Shown in pieces: positions 25,789 through 37,522 of a stretch of DNA of 64,000 nt (positions within the stretch are counted from its first letter, which is position 1; each line of letters begins with the position of its first letter). The position numbers and the translations under genes are program-made. The stretch covers positions 1-64,000 of the forward strand of contig JAAILG010001433.1 of NCBI GenBank assembly GCA_012026655.1, in the 5' to 3' direction. The notes under the pieces are model-generated. The model saw nothing but the letters and a program-made list of their open reading frames with translations, had not been told where the DNA came from and did no database searches. The stretch comes from Hydrolagus affinis (Eukaryota).

Positions 25789-25980
25789 ATAATAATCTTA
25801 CATTTGATGCAGCACTTTTCATGTCTTCTAGATGTCTCAAAGCACTTCGCAGAATAAACTGTAAAGTGAATTGACTGTATATTTTGTGGATGAAACGCGC
25901 ACAGCAGTGTCCCACAAACAGTCGTGGATTGAAATGACTCAATTTTTATTGTTACTTTTTTTTCTTGAGGGATTATTATC
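25789..25980 (-). mobile_element. SINE body and tail without head (left arm of an inverted pair)
   Basis: Reverse-complement match to the family from gataataatccctcaag to the tail. Confidence 0.9.
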
Positions 25981-25985
25981 ACATA

Positions 25986-26215
25986 TTACTCCACACTCTA
26001 CTCCACATGCATAATAATAATCCTTCAAACAAATAATAAATTGGTCTTTACAATCCACAATTGTTTGTGGGATGCCTCTGTGCGCAATTGGCTGCCGTAT
26101 TTCTTCCAGATATCTACAGTCAATTCACTTTACACTATATTCTGTGAAGCTCTTTGAGACATCTAGAAGAGGTGAAAAGCACTGTATCAAATGCTAGAAT
26201 TATTATTATTTATTA
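25986..26215 (+). mobile_element. SINE body and tail without head (right arm of an inverted pair)
   Basis: ttactccacac..ataataatccttc..ctgtgcgcaattggctgccg..(att)n. Confidence 0.9.
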
Positions 26216-27046
26216 TGACTGAATATTTAGAAACAAAAATATAATATCAAATCATATAATATCAAATCAAGTTATAGGAAACAATGCAATGGATAGATGA
26301 AATCCAATGGATCAATATGAACTGGAGAGGTGATTCTCTAGTGCTCCGTACATTTACCAATCTTGGATTTGCATTATACATTCATTTCTCCAAGATAAGA
26401 ATATATATTGACTGGTTAAAAATGAGCTATTTTTTCCTGCATCCATTTTCCTGGTTAGTAAATTTGCTGATAAGCAAACAATCACCCATAAGTATTCAAT
26501 TACACTTCACATAACAAAAATAAACACATATCAGATACTTTACTCTTCATTAAAGAAAAAATATCAGAATATTTCAGGCTTACTGTATTGTTGACCAGAA
26601 CAATTAACATTTTTAAATACAAACATTGTATTTTAATGTCTAGTGGGTTTTAAATACATCTTAATCCAAATATTATGCCATGTAGTTTCAATACACTGTC
26701 TTTGTATCATGTGGCTATGTGATCAATTGTAAGTGACACAAGAATCATCTGAAACAGCATAACTGAAAGGCAAAAATAATAAGGTCACTTCAGTCTATTT
26801 AAAGGATTATCTCTGATAAAATCATTACCTGTGAAGATTAACTTTCTAAATACTGTGAGCTCTAATTTTGATGTAGCTTTGCCATTGATAAAATCGCTTT
26901 CATCTAAAGATCAACATATTGTTTGCCCACGTTAATTTTATTCATGCAATTGATGCCTTTTAGCCCTAACCATTGAACGCATGATACCTTAACCTTGGAA
27001 CTAAACCAGCTTTACTCTCCATTATCTTACCCTTTCAATGATGGTT

Positions 27047-27430
27047 GACAGTTTGGCTCAGTGGGTAGCATTTGCCCCTGAGCTAGAAGGGTAAGAGTTC
27101 ATCATCTTGGCCAATGCAGTGTTGAGCGGAGTGCTGGATTGTCATAAGTGCCATCCTTCAGATGAGATGGTAAACCAAATACCTATCTGATTGTTCAACA
27201 ACAATCAAAGCGCCTCTCGACGTGGGACGTCCTCCTGACGTGAAAGGCGCTCTCTAAATGAGATTTTATTGTTTTGCTGATCTCTTGGCTTTATTCAAAA
27301 AGAGGAGGTTTCTCCCATTGTCCTGGCCAACCACTCCCAAATCAAAATAATCATGGCTGTTTGCGGGGCATATTGGTAATTGGCATATTGGCATATGAGC
27401 AAATTGGCTGCTGTTTTCACAATCTCTACA
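27047..27430 (+). mobile_element. Old DeuSINE (SacSINE1-like), interrupted by an L2-tail insertion at 27197-27276
   Basis: Head tggctcagtgggtagca and Deu-domain motifs gtgccatccttcagatgagatggtaaacc, tgtcctggccaa and gcaaattggctgctgtttt. Confidence 0.78.
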
Positions 27431-27445
27431 GTAAATATGGAATCG

Positions 27446-27736
27446 TGGAGTCCTGTAGCTCAGTGGTTAGAGCACTTGCCTTGCAAGCGAGAGACCTGGG
27501 TTCGATTCCAGGCAGGGCGAAACCTTGGGCAAGTTTCCTTACTGCACACGCCTGATAATAATCCCTAGAAAAAAAATTAGTAATTTCAATCCATCACTGG
27601 CGGGTCCCACTGTGCACAATTGACTGTCATGTTTTGCCCACAGTCAATTCACTTTACAGTATATTTTGTGAAGCGCTTTGAGACATCTAGTAGATGTGAA
27701 AAGCACTATATCAAATGCAAGGATTATTATTATTAT
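27446..27736 (+). mobile_element. Full-length tRNA-derived SINE (short subfamily)
   Basis: Near-intact tRNA-like head (A box tagctcagtgg, B box gttcgattcc), body, and (att)n tail. Confidence 0.94.
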
Positions 27737-29823
27737 ATCCTTTGATGGGCTTGACTATGCAATAAGATGCTATATTAAATGCAATATATTATATTCTTGT
27801 TATCATTTAACGCAACAACGATCTATTGTAACACTAAAGCAGTTATACATTCCTCTGGCAGAGAGACCAGATATATACTCAGTTACATTGAAATGAAAAC
27901 TACCTTAAAGCACCTTAACCCAGCAACAGTGTTAATAGTACTGTAATTGTATTGCCTTAATCTGACAACTGTTTTATATTAGTTAAATATAAAACAGTAT
28001 TGTGTACCCTCTATCACTTAATCTAACAGGTATTCTAGCTATTCCCCCATATTTCCAATAACCACTCATATCCTGTATCACCTTCACAAAGCACCAGTAC
28101 TTTATTACCTTAACCAAAGAAATAGTAGTAACCAATTAATTAATTACTCTTATTCAATGAAGTAATCAGATATGTTATGACACAAATTACAATGTGTTTC
28201 CTCTTGAGCTGTCATAACATCTTCATTTTTCCAACTTTGATATTGATGAATATCCAGGAAATTACAGAATTTCTAAACTTCTTTTGTGGGAAGAAAAATC
28301 TACATTTTAGATTTGCTTATTAAATAGAGGAGATTTTTTGGCGTGTTCTAATAAATATCAGGAAACTCGCACTCAACCTGTTTTTATGCTTGAAAATAGA
28401 GTAGGCTCATTGCTTGAGCTACATGGTTTACAAGGAAACTCTTGGAACACTGGTCTGTCTGTCTGTGTCCAAAACATACATTGACAAAAATGATCATTAT
28501 TCACCGTGTTAACAGCAAAACCTGATTAAATTAAACATTATCAACCTGTGATTTAATGAGATACTGCAATATGAAACAGTATTCAGTCAAATTTATTTTC
28601 AATAATAAATACTTAAGTATATCTGTAGCACAAAAATGATAAAAATTACATTAACATTTGAAAGATACTGGATCTGCGGTGTGTCTTATTTTATCTGGCA
28701 ATTTCCACTTAACATTTCTCATTTTCAGGATACATGAGCCTTTGCGTCTATCTTATGCAAAAGTACCATTTGCAGTCTGTTATTGCAATCGCATTTTAAA
28801 CGTGTACAACACTACCTGTCTTTTTCTTTGGAATTGGTGAGAATCTCATTGTTATAGTTGAACGTAGGTCTAACTCTCCATACTGTCTGCATTCATTCTG
28901 TCCTTTGAGGCTGTCATTTTTATCTGTCTCACCGAACTGCCTCCCTTTGCTGATCTGCCATTTTCTAATGTATTGCTGTTTTACTTGTATGATTTCTGGT
29001 GAGACAATCTTAGACCTGGCTGCCATTCTTTCAGTTACAGAGAAAAGGACTGTCTCTGGTGCCTACTCTTCAGAAAAAGTTGATTCATGTGTAAATTATC
29101 AGTTACCCTTTATTTGTTCGGCCTGTGGAGAGTACACATGCAGATAAAAGGCTCAGAGGGTCAGGGCTTAGTACACGCATGTTTCTCTTGTGGCCAGAAT
29201 GACAGTCTTAGCATTGTTGTCAAAGATTATCACAGAGACTGGAAGACCCATCATTATGTGTGTGGCGTTAGAATTTTATTTTAAGACAATATGACTAAAA
29301 CAAATCCTAAACAAACCAAGCTGCATATTCAATATCCTGATAATAAATTAGAATATTATCAATTGGAACTGGTTTGGAAACCATTTTTCCCCCCTAGAGC
29401 TTGAGGACTGGTTGAATCTTGGAGTTCTCACTCACTAACGCCTCCTCCAATTCCCATTACAACTTCATATTGCTTTCAGCCAGGATAACACACAGATTGT
29501 GGATTGTAGACTTCAATGGTACTGTTTTCAGATAACATAAGATGTGTTCTGAGTGCCAAGATTGGTTCTTTTGCTTTTCCTTCACCCTTTCCCCAATTCA
29601 AATTCTTCCAATTAACAATCCTGTTGAAAATTGTGAAACTGTCCTGGCAGAACTGATCATTTCTTTATATTATGAAGCATAACAAAGGATGTACAATGGC
29701 ATATACCCAATTTATTTCTCAAGTGGCTTGTTACAAAGTTGCAGGTAAGTGAAGATTTTCATGAGTAGAATTAAGTACAGTATTTTTTAAATGGATTATA
29801 ACAAAGTACCTTTAATTTTGTCA

Positions 29824-30345
29824 AAATAGAAACAGGAGGGAACCACAGAACAACCCACAGAGACTGTTCAACCAGTTTGTTGGACCTTGGCAGATATTTT
29901 AATCTTAATGCCCTTTTGTCATACTCTCCAAGTACTGTATCTACCTTTTAAAGATCCTTATTGATTCTCCCTCTGCAGAGAGCATTCCTCTTCTTCTCAA
30001 TCCTCTATGTGCAGAAATGTTTCCTCACCTCAGTGCTAGCATTTACCTGAAAATACGCAGTCACTACAATTCACAGTAAAATACAATAAATAAATAATAA
30101 ATATTTTTTGAGACATCTTAATGACTTGATGAGGCACTATATCAAAATACAAGGATTATTATTATTTTTATAACCATCTTGAGTCTTATTTTAAGACAGT
30201 ATCCCTTGTAATGGATCCCTCTACCACCAAAACAAAGAGCCATCCACTATCTAATCTGTCAGTCCCTTTCATTAATTTAAATACCTCAACCAAATCTTCT
30301 CTTGACCTCTTCCTCTCTGAAGACTATAACCCCAATCTACCACAG
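29824..30345 (-). mobile_element. Decayed CR1 3' region with a plus-strand SINE tail nested at about 30050-30167
   Basis: gagagcattcc..cctctatgtgcagaaatgtttcctcacctcagtgct and ctatctaatctgtcagtccctttcattaatttaaatacctcaaccaaatc flank gaggcactatatcaaaatacaagg(att)n. Confidence 0.7.
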
Positions 30346-30511
30346 TCGGCACGTAGCTTGTTTCTCTCTACAGTCTGACTACAATCTTAAAAATCTCTTT
30401 ATGACTAGCATAAATATTTAGCTCTACACAAAAGCAAAAATAGGTAATGTAGGTGTAAGTTATCAGACCATATATAAAAGGAAGTGTGATCCATTGCACT
30501 TTATTTCCATG

Positions 30512-30571
30512 GAACAACAACAGCACAATTATGTTTATAGAGCGCCTTACACGTTGGGAGGACGCTGAACA
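30512..30571 (-). mobile_element. L2 tail-only insertion
   Basis: aacaacaac..agcgccttacacgttgggaggacgctgaacag. Confidence 0.75.
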
Positions 30572-30991
30572 GGTCCCAAGTTGCTCAACAGTTAGGTCAG
30601 GTTCTAAGTAGGAATTAATGTTGAGAGCCGACATAAATCAGTCTAGCAGTTTTACGCCAGTGATCAAAGAGAGGAAAATAGTTCCATTCACAGTGTTAAC
30701 ATTAGGTAATCAAATTTAAAGTGGAGTGTAGTTACCATATCAAAAAGATTGTTCATCATAATAACAACCAATCTGAGTGAGACATATTATGAAGCAACAT
30801 GTATCCCTATTTTCCCAGATCTTTTCAAGGGATAAGTTAGAATTAAATATGTTTGTTGGAAATTTAGAGTACCTTCTAACACCAAGGTCATTGACACCAG
30901 TGGCTCTTCCATGTACTTTTGATAAGCAGTCCTTCAATAAGGCTCTTGCAGGAACTCAAGTGTACGTAGAGGAAAACATCCCTTATTCCAT

Positions 30992-31059
30992 CTCAACACC
31001 TTGTGACATCCTCCCGATGTGAAAGGCCCTCTATCAATGCAATTTAGTTGTTGTTGTTA
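30992..31059 (+). mobile_element. L2 tail-only insertion
   Basis: tcaacaccttgtgacatcctcccgatgtgaaaggccctctatcaatgcaattta followed by (gtt)n. Confidence 0.8.
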
Positions 31060-31352
31060 TTTTGAAACCATTTCCAGTGCATTTTATTGCTTAGGACATG
31101 ATCTCCCAAGGCTGTCAATTTCATAGTCCATGTCTTGCTGACCAATACTGCAAAAGTTTATTGACATATTTTCCCTGTGAAAATCCTCATTCCTTCCAGT
31201 AGTACCATTATTCATTTTGTTTCAGTTAAAGTCACAAATATTTTTTCAATTCCATGCATTTGTCAGTTTCCATACAAATATAATACGGTTGTACAATTGA
31301 GTTGCCACAGCAGGTCTTCCAGTTCATCAGACACACAAAAAATTTACTTTGG

Positions 31353-31400
31353 CAAACAACAACAACAAAATTACACTTGTATAGTGCCTTTCACATCACA
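31353..31400 (-). mobile_element. L2 tail-only insertion
   Basis: (CAA)n followed by attacacttgtatagtgcctttcacatc. Confidence 0.7.
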
Positions 31401-31867
31401 GGGGGAGGGGAGGATAAACGGAAAAGGGAGAGTGACGCGTATTTTTTTGAATATATTGAATTTTCCCCCAAAAAAACATAATCAATCAGAGAAATCACTA
31501 TAAAAAGAGAAGTCTCTACCTAGCAGTTAGGACACAATTAAAGTCCTAACCTGTGTGACCAATGATTGGTCAGGCAACAAGATTTTTCTTATCAGTATCA
31601 CATACCTGAAAATTTCGATTTTATCAGTGTCAATGAAAACTCACTGGCCACTGATGTTTAAACACAATGTCATTGACCTAGATGAGGCGAGACCCTGAAG
31701 TCAACCACAGAAAAAAGTTACAGCTAGTTTATGATTAACTTTACAAAAACACAAAATACTTTACAAAAACGCATTTAAATTACTTAAATTTGAAGCAAGT
31801 GTACACTATTTGTTGGGTTTTACCTTAAAATCCCAAATTTACAGTAGAAGCTGTAAAAGCTATAGTA

Positions 31868-31932
31868 AATTCTGTGAAGTGTTTTGAGAAGTACTGCTGT
31901 GAAAGATGTGATATCAAATGCAAGGATTATTA
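31868..31932 (+). mobile_element. SINE tail remnant
   Basis: ttctgtgaagtgttttgaga..gtgaaagatgtgatatcaaatgcaaggattatt. Confidence 0.6.
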
Positions 31933-34419
31933 GATATTATTGAATAGGATCATTCATTGATAGGTAAATATCTCACAAAATACTACCTCACAAAGTACAC
32001 ATTTTGGGAGAATAAAAATCATTTGTAGTCAGATTATTGTGAAATGATGTGTACTTCTAATTCATGGTGATCAATTATACTTATTTCCTGGAAAGGTAGA
32101 TTCCACCTGATTAGAGTAATATCTTCTTACCCTGAATTCGAACAATCAAGCAAATAATGTAAAAATCTAAATCATGCAATTTGTACCATCTATTATTATC
32201 AAAAACACATGTTTTGTTTTTCATATTGACCAGGTACACGTAATCTCCCTAATTTAACATTATGACCAAAATATCAGAAGTAATTACATTAACAGTTATA
32301 TTGGTACAACTGCTAATATAAATTCAGTTTTCTAGTGATATTTGTCGTTTTGTGTATTTTTGCAAAAAACATACATCTCGTCAGAGTGAGAGTGCTGTCA
32401 GCACTTTATACTATTGGCATTTTATGGCAAGAATACATTTTCATATTTTTAAATAAATATATTTATCTTTATATGTTTTTTCACGTACATTCCTTCTCCC
32501 CCACTTTGTTGTTTTTTCCCATGGTCTGTACCATTCCACTGTGATAGTGAAGGTAGCTGACCTGCACCAATGCACCTTGAGAACCATCTGCCAGGAGGTG
32601 GGGCCAAGGTGATTCTCTCTGTGATTTTCCCCTTCTCCATCTGGGAAAGTGTCTGGCCTTTGTTCAGTGTTTCATCGCAATAGCAAAGCTACGACCAGGA
32701 ATTCAGCTTGCAGGAAAATCATGAACATGAATAAACCCATGTACCATATTCTTCCCAGCTATTGAAATTCCTCCACCACATTGCCCATTATCTTTCTAAA
32801 TACTGACAGTCTTTACCTTGAGTATTAATCTGTGTATTGATATTGGAATAAAACATTGATACACAATGTAATACAGTGGAGTCTTATGCTCCAGCAGTTA
32901 AGAATGGACAAAGAATATGAATGTAACATATAGTCATACTGTTACGGTCTAAGAAGAAAAGCTTAAAGAAAAGTGAAAAGCTTTATACCAAATGTAAGGA
33001 TTATTATTATGATATGAGTTTGGGCGTGTAAACGTTTGATATTCCAGGTGTTGTCTAGACTATGACTGTATGTATGGTATATTAGATTGACAGGACACAA
33101 TCTTAAATATTGTAACTGTTCTTTAGGCTTATACAGACTAGCTTTGTTTGAAAAGTGTGGAAAATCATGATTACATTAAGATTTTAAAAATCTTCTTAGT
33201 AATGGAATACTTTGTTTTAAATGGTGTTGAATATCGGAAGCAGTTGACAGTATGATATTTGCAAATGATTTTTAGTTAATCCAATTGTGACAGATTGTAA
33301 ATATACATTTCATCAGCCACTGTGTAAATTTGACATATTAATCCCACAATTTTGCTTTTGCAGCATTATTTGCTAATGTGTTTGAATTATTTATCCACAT
33401 TGGTGTTTGTGAGGTTTTCCATTTTAAAATCATTACTCTCTAGATTCTGAATCTGGTTCTTATTTAATGATCCAAAGTCATGTCCTGTGACTGAAACCAT
33501 CTTACGCTGTCTTACAAAATTAAGATTTGATCAGTTTCATATTGAGAACAGCTGAATGTTCAGAGTAAGTCAGTGCCATGCTAACATGAATAATTATCAG
33601 GTCTTAGCATATTATTTAACCCCTGTTAGCTAAAACAAAAGTGTGACTGGTTTACACAAAGCAACAGCAAAGGTATGAATAAAAGGTAATAGCAAGTAAA
33701 ACTGTATAGTTTTGTTTATTAAACACACCTCCGATCAGAATACATTGACTATCATTTGAAAAAAGTTGGTTACTTCTGAAATAATAATACTTAATTGGTT
33801 CAATTTTTACTTATCTCGATCTTGAATTAGACTCAGTTTTCTTTGATTATCGTGTTCTCTCTGTCCACATATAGAATTCCTCCATTAAAAGCAATCCCTC
33901 TAAAAAATGTTTAAATGTGAAATCTAACGTCTTATCCAACCACTGCCCAACCTGAGTAGAAATTGTCAGCTATTCTTCACCTGTGGTGTCAGGCATTTTT
34001 TTTCACATTCCGTTAACATTGATTAAATGTTGTACAAACCATTCAATATAGTAAGCACTATTCTTGCATTTTATACAGTGTACCCCAATATGTCCATCTT
34101 CAAATGTTGGCCCTCTTACACCTTTTACTACAAGTCAGAGAAAACATTTTTATTTGACAGGTCTTTGGGTTAAGGTTTGGGGGATTTTTGGTCAATGAGG
34201 TGGCGGTCTGATTCATTGTCATGCCTAAGAGTATCCAACTCAAACCAGGTTTTCCAAGTATGTATGCCATCTTATACATTGAAATTTCTCTGTCTGGACT
34301 GGGGTGGGGTCTGGACACCCCGCTTAACTCTTTCTAGGCTTTAGGAACCCCAGAGTGTGTGTTGGAGTACTATTGGAGTTTAACCATCTAAAATAACATA
34401 GCTTAAACTTAAAATAAAC

Positions 34420-35662
34420 ACTAGCATGAATCTTTCAAAAATGACTGAATACTGCCCATTGGGAAGGTGCTGGGGAACTGGAGAAAGACAGATGTTACTT
34501 CTGTCTATAAAAAGGTAACAAAAGTGACCCAGGAAACTACTGACCAGTAAGTTTGTCTTCCATTGTGGGTAAAACCATGGAGACTCTTATTAAGGATAAA
34601 ATCATGGAGCATCTGGACAGAAATTAAATCATAAATGATAGCCAATAGGGGTTCTTGCCAATCCAATTTACTGGTTTTCTTTGACGGTGTAACAAGGGAG
34701 CTTGATGAGGGTATGTCTGTGGTTGTTGTACTCTGAATTTCAGTAAGGCTTTTGATGCAGTTCCTCTTGAGAGGCTGGTACTTTTGAAAGTAAAAAAAGC
34801 CGGAATCAGTGGAGGTATATTAATATACAATAGCGAACAGCTCTCTCGGGTGACATAGCCGAGGAGTTCTGTAGCTTGTGTGAGACCTGGATTCAACTCC
34901 CAGCAAGACAAAACCTGGGTAAATTTCCTTACTTCACATGCCTGATAATAATACCTCAAGAATAATTTTTTTTTAATTGGTCAATTCAAAATAAATTGAA
35001 GCTATCCCAACAATGCTCTGTGGCAGTGAGTAAAGCAAACCAGATGTTGAGATGTATCAAAAGATCAATAGCAAGCCAAAATAGTAGGGTAATCCTGCCA
35101 CTGTATAAATCATTGGTGAAACCTTACTTAGAGTGCACTTCTGGTTGTCGCAGTACATAAAAAAAATTGGAGAAATCGCAAAGATACAGAGGAGGGCAAC
35201 AAAAATTTGTGAGGGAATGGAAGGACTGGACGGTGAGGAACGACTAAGTGTTTTCATGCTGGAAAAGAGAAGATTAAGAGGCAACATGATTGCTATCTTT
35301 CAGATTCTGAAGGAGCTAGACAATATAGATCATGATAGGCTGTTTCAAATATTCCAGAATAGTAGAAGCAGAGGAAAATCCTTCGATTGAAGTGGGGGGT
35401 AAATTCAGAACAAATCTACACAAATTCTATTTTAGTGAGTGAATAATGAACCTGTGGAATAGACTCCCTAGGTAGATGGTTGAAGCAGCAAGTATTGTTT
35501 CTTTCAAACACAGTTTAGATCGTTTTCTTCTAGTAAATAACATTATCCGATATAGTACGCAGGTAGTTTGGGACATAGATGTATGCGCCCACCAGGAAGG
35601 TGGAAGGCGAACTAGATGGACCTTGGTCTTTTTTCGGCTAGCATGTCTTATGTTCTTGTGTT
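34420..35662 (+). mobile_element. CR1 LINE, disrupted RT region and 3' end, central RT missing, SINE head at 34863-34985
   Basis: Reads through stops and frameshifts as NWRKTDVTSVYKK..SDPGNY*PVSLSSIVGKTME..FSKAFDAVP. ORF 35133-35390 has KIQRRATKICEGMEGLDGEERL..LEKRRLRGNMIAIFQIL. Tail tcttatgttcttgtgtt. Confidence 0.92.
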
Positions 35663-36284
35663 AAATAGCTTGACATAAGAAGACTATTTGGCAAGCTTGT
35701 CCAGTTAGAACCACCCCATGCACCAGGCTAATCAGGATAAAGGAACCAAGGGGGACAAATCCCTGCCTCCAAGCCCACATTGGCTAATCTATCATCAATA
35801 GTGAAAGCACTAAAGACCTATCTAGCTCAGGAAGTGGATAACTATCATTACATAGGATCGACAATTCAAACGATTGATTTTCAATCGGCAGGAATGTCAA
35901 TTTGGATCATGCCCCAAGAAAACTCCACTTACCTTTTTTTCCTACCCCACTGCCCCAAGATTGTCACCAGCTGGTCATTAGAAAAATGCAGGTTTGAGGT
36001 CCTACTCTCAAATTTTGAAAAAATATGTGTTCAAGTTCAAATTGAGTGTTTATTAGAATAATATTTGATTCTTACCAAAACTGACTTCCACATGTCCATC
36101 AGTTGCAAAAAGATGATAACTGCCAGCCCCTTTGTTTGGAGTACAATATTGTACATGCCATTGCTTCCAGGAAGAACAAAGCATAGGCTAAAACTGCTTA
36201 CTATTCCTTAGTGCTTTCTCTGGACACGAACCAATATGATCACAAGCCCTTCTCTTGCTGCGCACACTCCTGCAAGAAAAAATA

Positions 36285-36460
36285 AGCAAAAGTTTAGGAG
36301 GAACTTCTTCAGGCAGAGGAACATGAGAATGTGGAAGCTACTGGCAAAAACAAACATAAAGCATTGCTTAAGAGGAAACTTGATACAGGTACTTACAAAG
36401 GGGAGAAGGGAATATAGGGATATAGCAGAGAACAGGAGTGAAGTCTTATGGAGTATAAAC
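36285..36460 (+). mobile_element. CR1 3' fragment
   Basis: aggaggaacttcttcaggcagagg..gagaatgtggaagctactg (RRNFFRQR..RMWKLL), a CR1 ORF2 C-terminal motif. Confidence 0.6.
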
Positions 36461-36849
36461 CCTGGCACAAACTAGTTCAGCTAACTGTGGGGTCTGTGTC
36501 CATGCTGTATCATTGTATGTAGTTCTGTGAAGGAGAAAAAGAGTCACTTTACCTGTGTCACCGGTGAATGCCCATTGGCAAAAACATCTCCCAACATAAA
36601 CATCATTTTCTCCAGTTAAACCTCTATGACTAAATTCCTGAGATCTTGACATAGGTAGAGTGCTTCTTAGACCTTGCAATTAGAATTAACACAAAATTGG
36701 GAGACAATAGGATGTGACTGCCTGCTGTACAGCGATTTCAAGAGAGAAAATATGTTTATCTGATATTTATTTACAGGCAGCATGCAGCTATGACCCAGAT
36801 ACAGTGCTTTGTAATCCTAAATGCATTGTATTGACCTTTGTAAGACCAA

Positions 36850-37522
36850 GGGCCTCCAGATTGGCTTCTGCCAATGCTTCTGCACCTCAGGCACTGGCAG
36901 CATCAGCATCCATGGATGTACACTCCACCTCACCAAGCCAGTCAGGAACCTGGGCATCTTGTTCAACCCTCAACTGTCCTTTCTCCCCCACATACATGCC
37001 ATGATCTGCTCTGCCTTTCTCCACCTCCACAACATTGCCCATCTCCACCACTGCCTCACCTCTCAGGCTTCTAAAACCTCATACGTACTTTCATTACACC
37101 TAGGCTTGATTATGCCAGCTTTCTGCATGTTGGACATCCCAACTCTTCCCTCCACAAGGTGCAGGTCATCCAGAACTCTGCAGCTGGTGTTCCCTCCTGC
37201 ACCAGGCTCCGTGACCCCATCACCCCCACCATTGCTCGGTTCCACTGTCTCCCCATCCCTCAGAGGATCAAATTAAAAAGCCTCTCTGCCCCCACACTCT
37301 GGCCCTCCATCGAGATTCACCTCATTCCCTCCCTTGCCTCCTTGAAGGCATGTTTCATCCTCTTCAACCCTGCCTTTGGCCACCCTCTCTGCCCTTTATC
37401 CTCCTTGATCCCAAACGCAGCCCCACTCCCCCCACTGGCTCGGGTCCTAATTGGCCATGACTGTTCAGCGCCTTGGGACGTCTTCCCGACATGAAAGGCG
37501 CTTCACAAATGTAATTGTATTG
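36850..37522 (+). mobile_element. L2 LINE 3' portion with an internal deletion
   Basis: VRNLGILFNPQLSFLPHIHAMICSAFLHLHNIA..; QVIQNSAAGV..RDPITPTIARFHCLPIPQRIK; tail cagcgccttgggacgtcttcccgacatgaaaggcgct. Confidence 0.92.

Noticed and set aside
27446-27520. tRNA-Ala(TGC)-like cloverleaf
   Set aside because: It continues into the SINE body. Sister copies have different anticodon triplets, and the acceptor and T stems are imperfect, so it is a SINE head rather than a tRNA gene.
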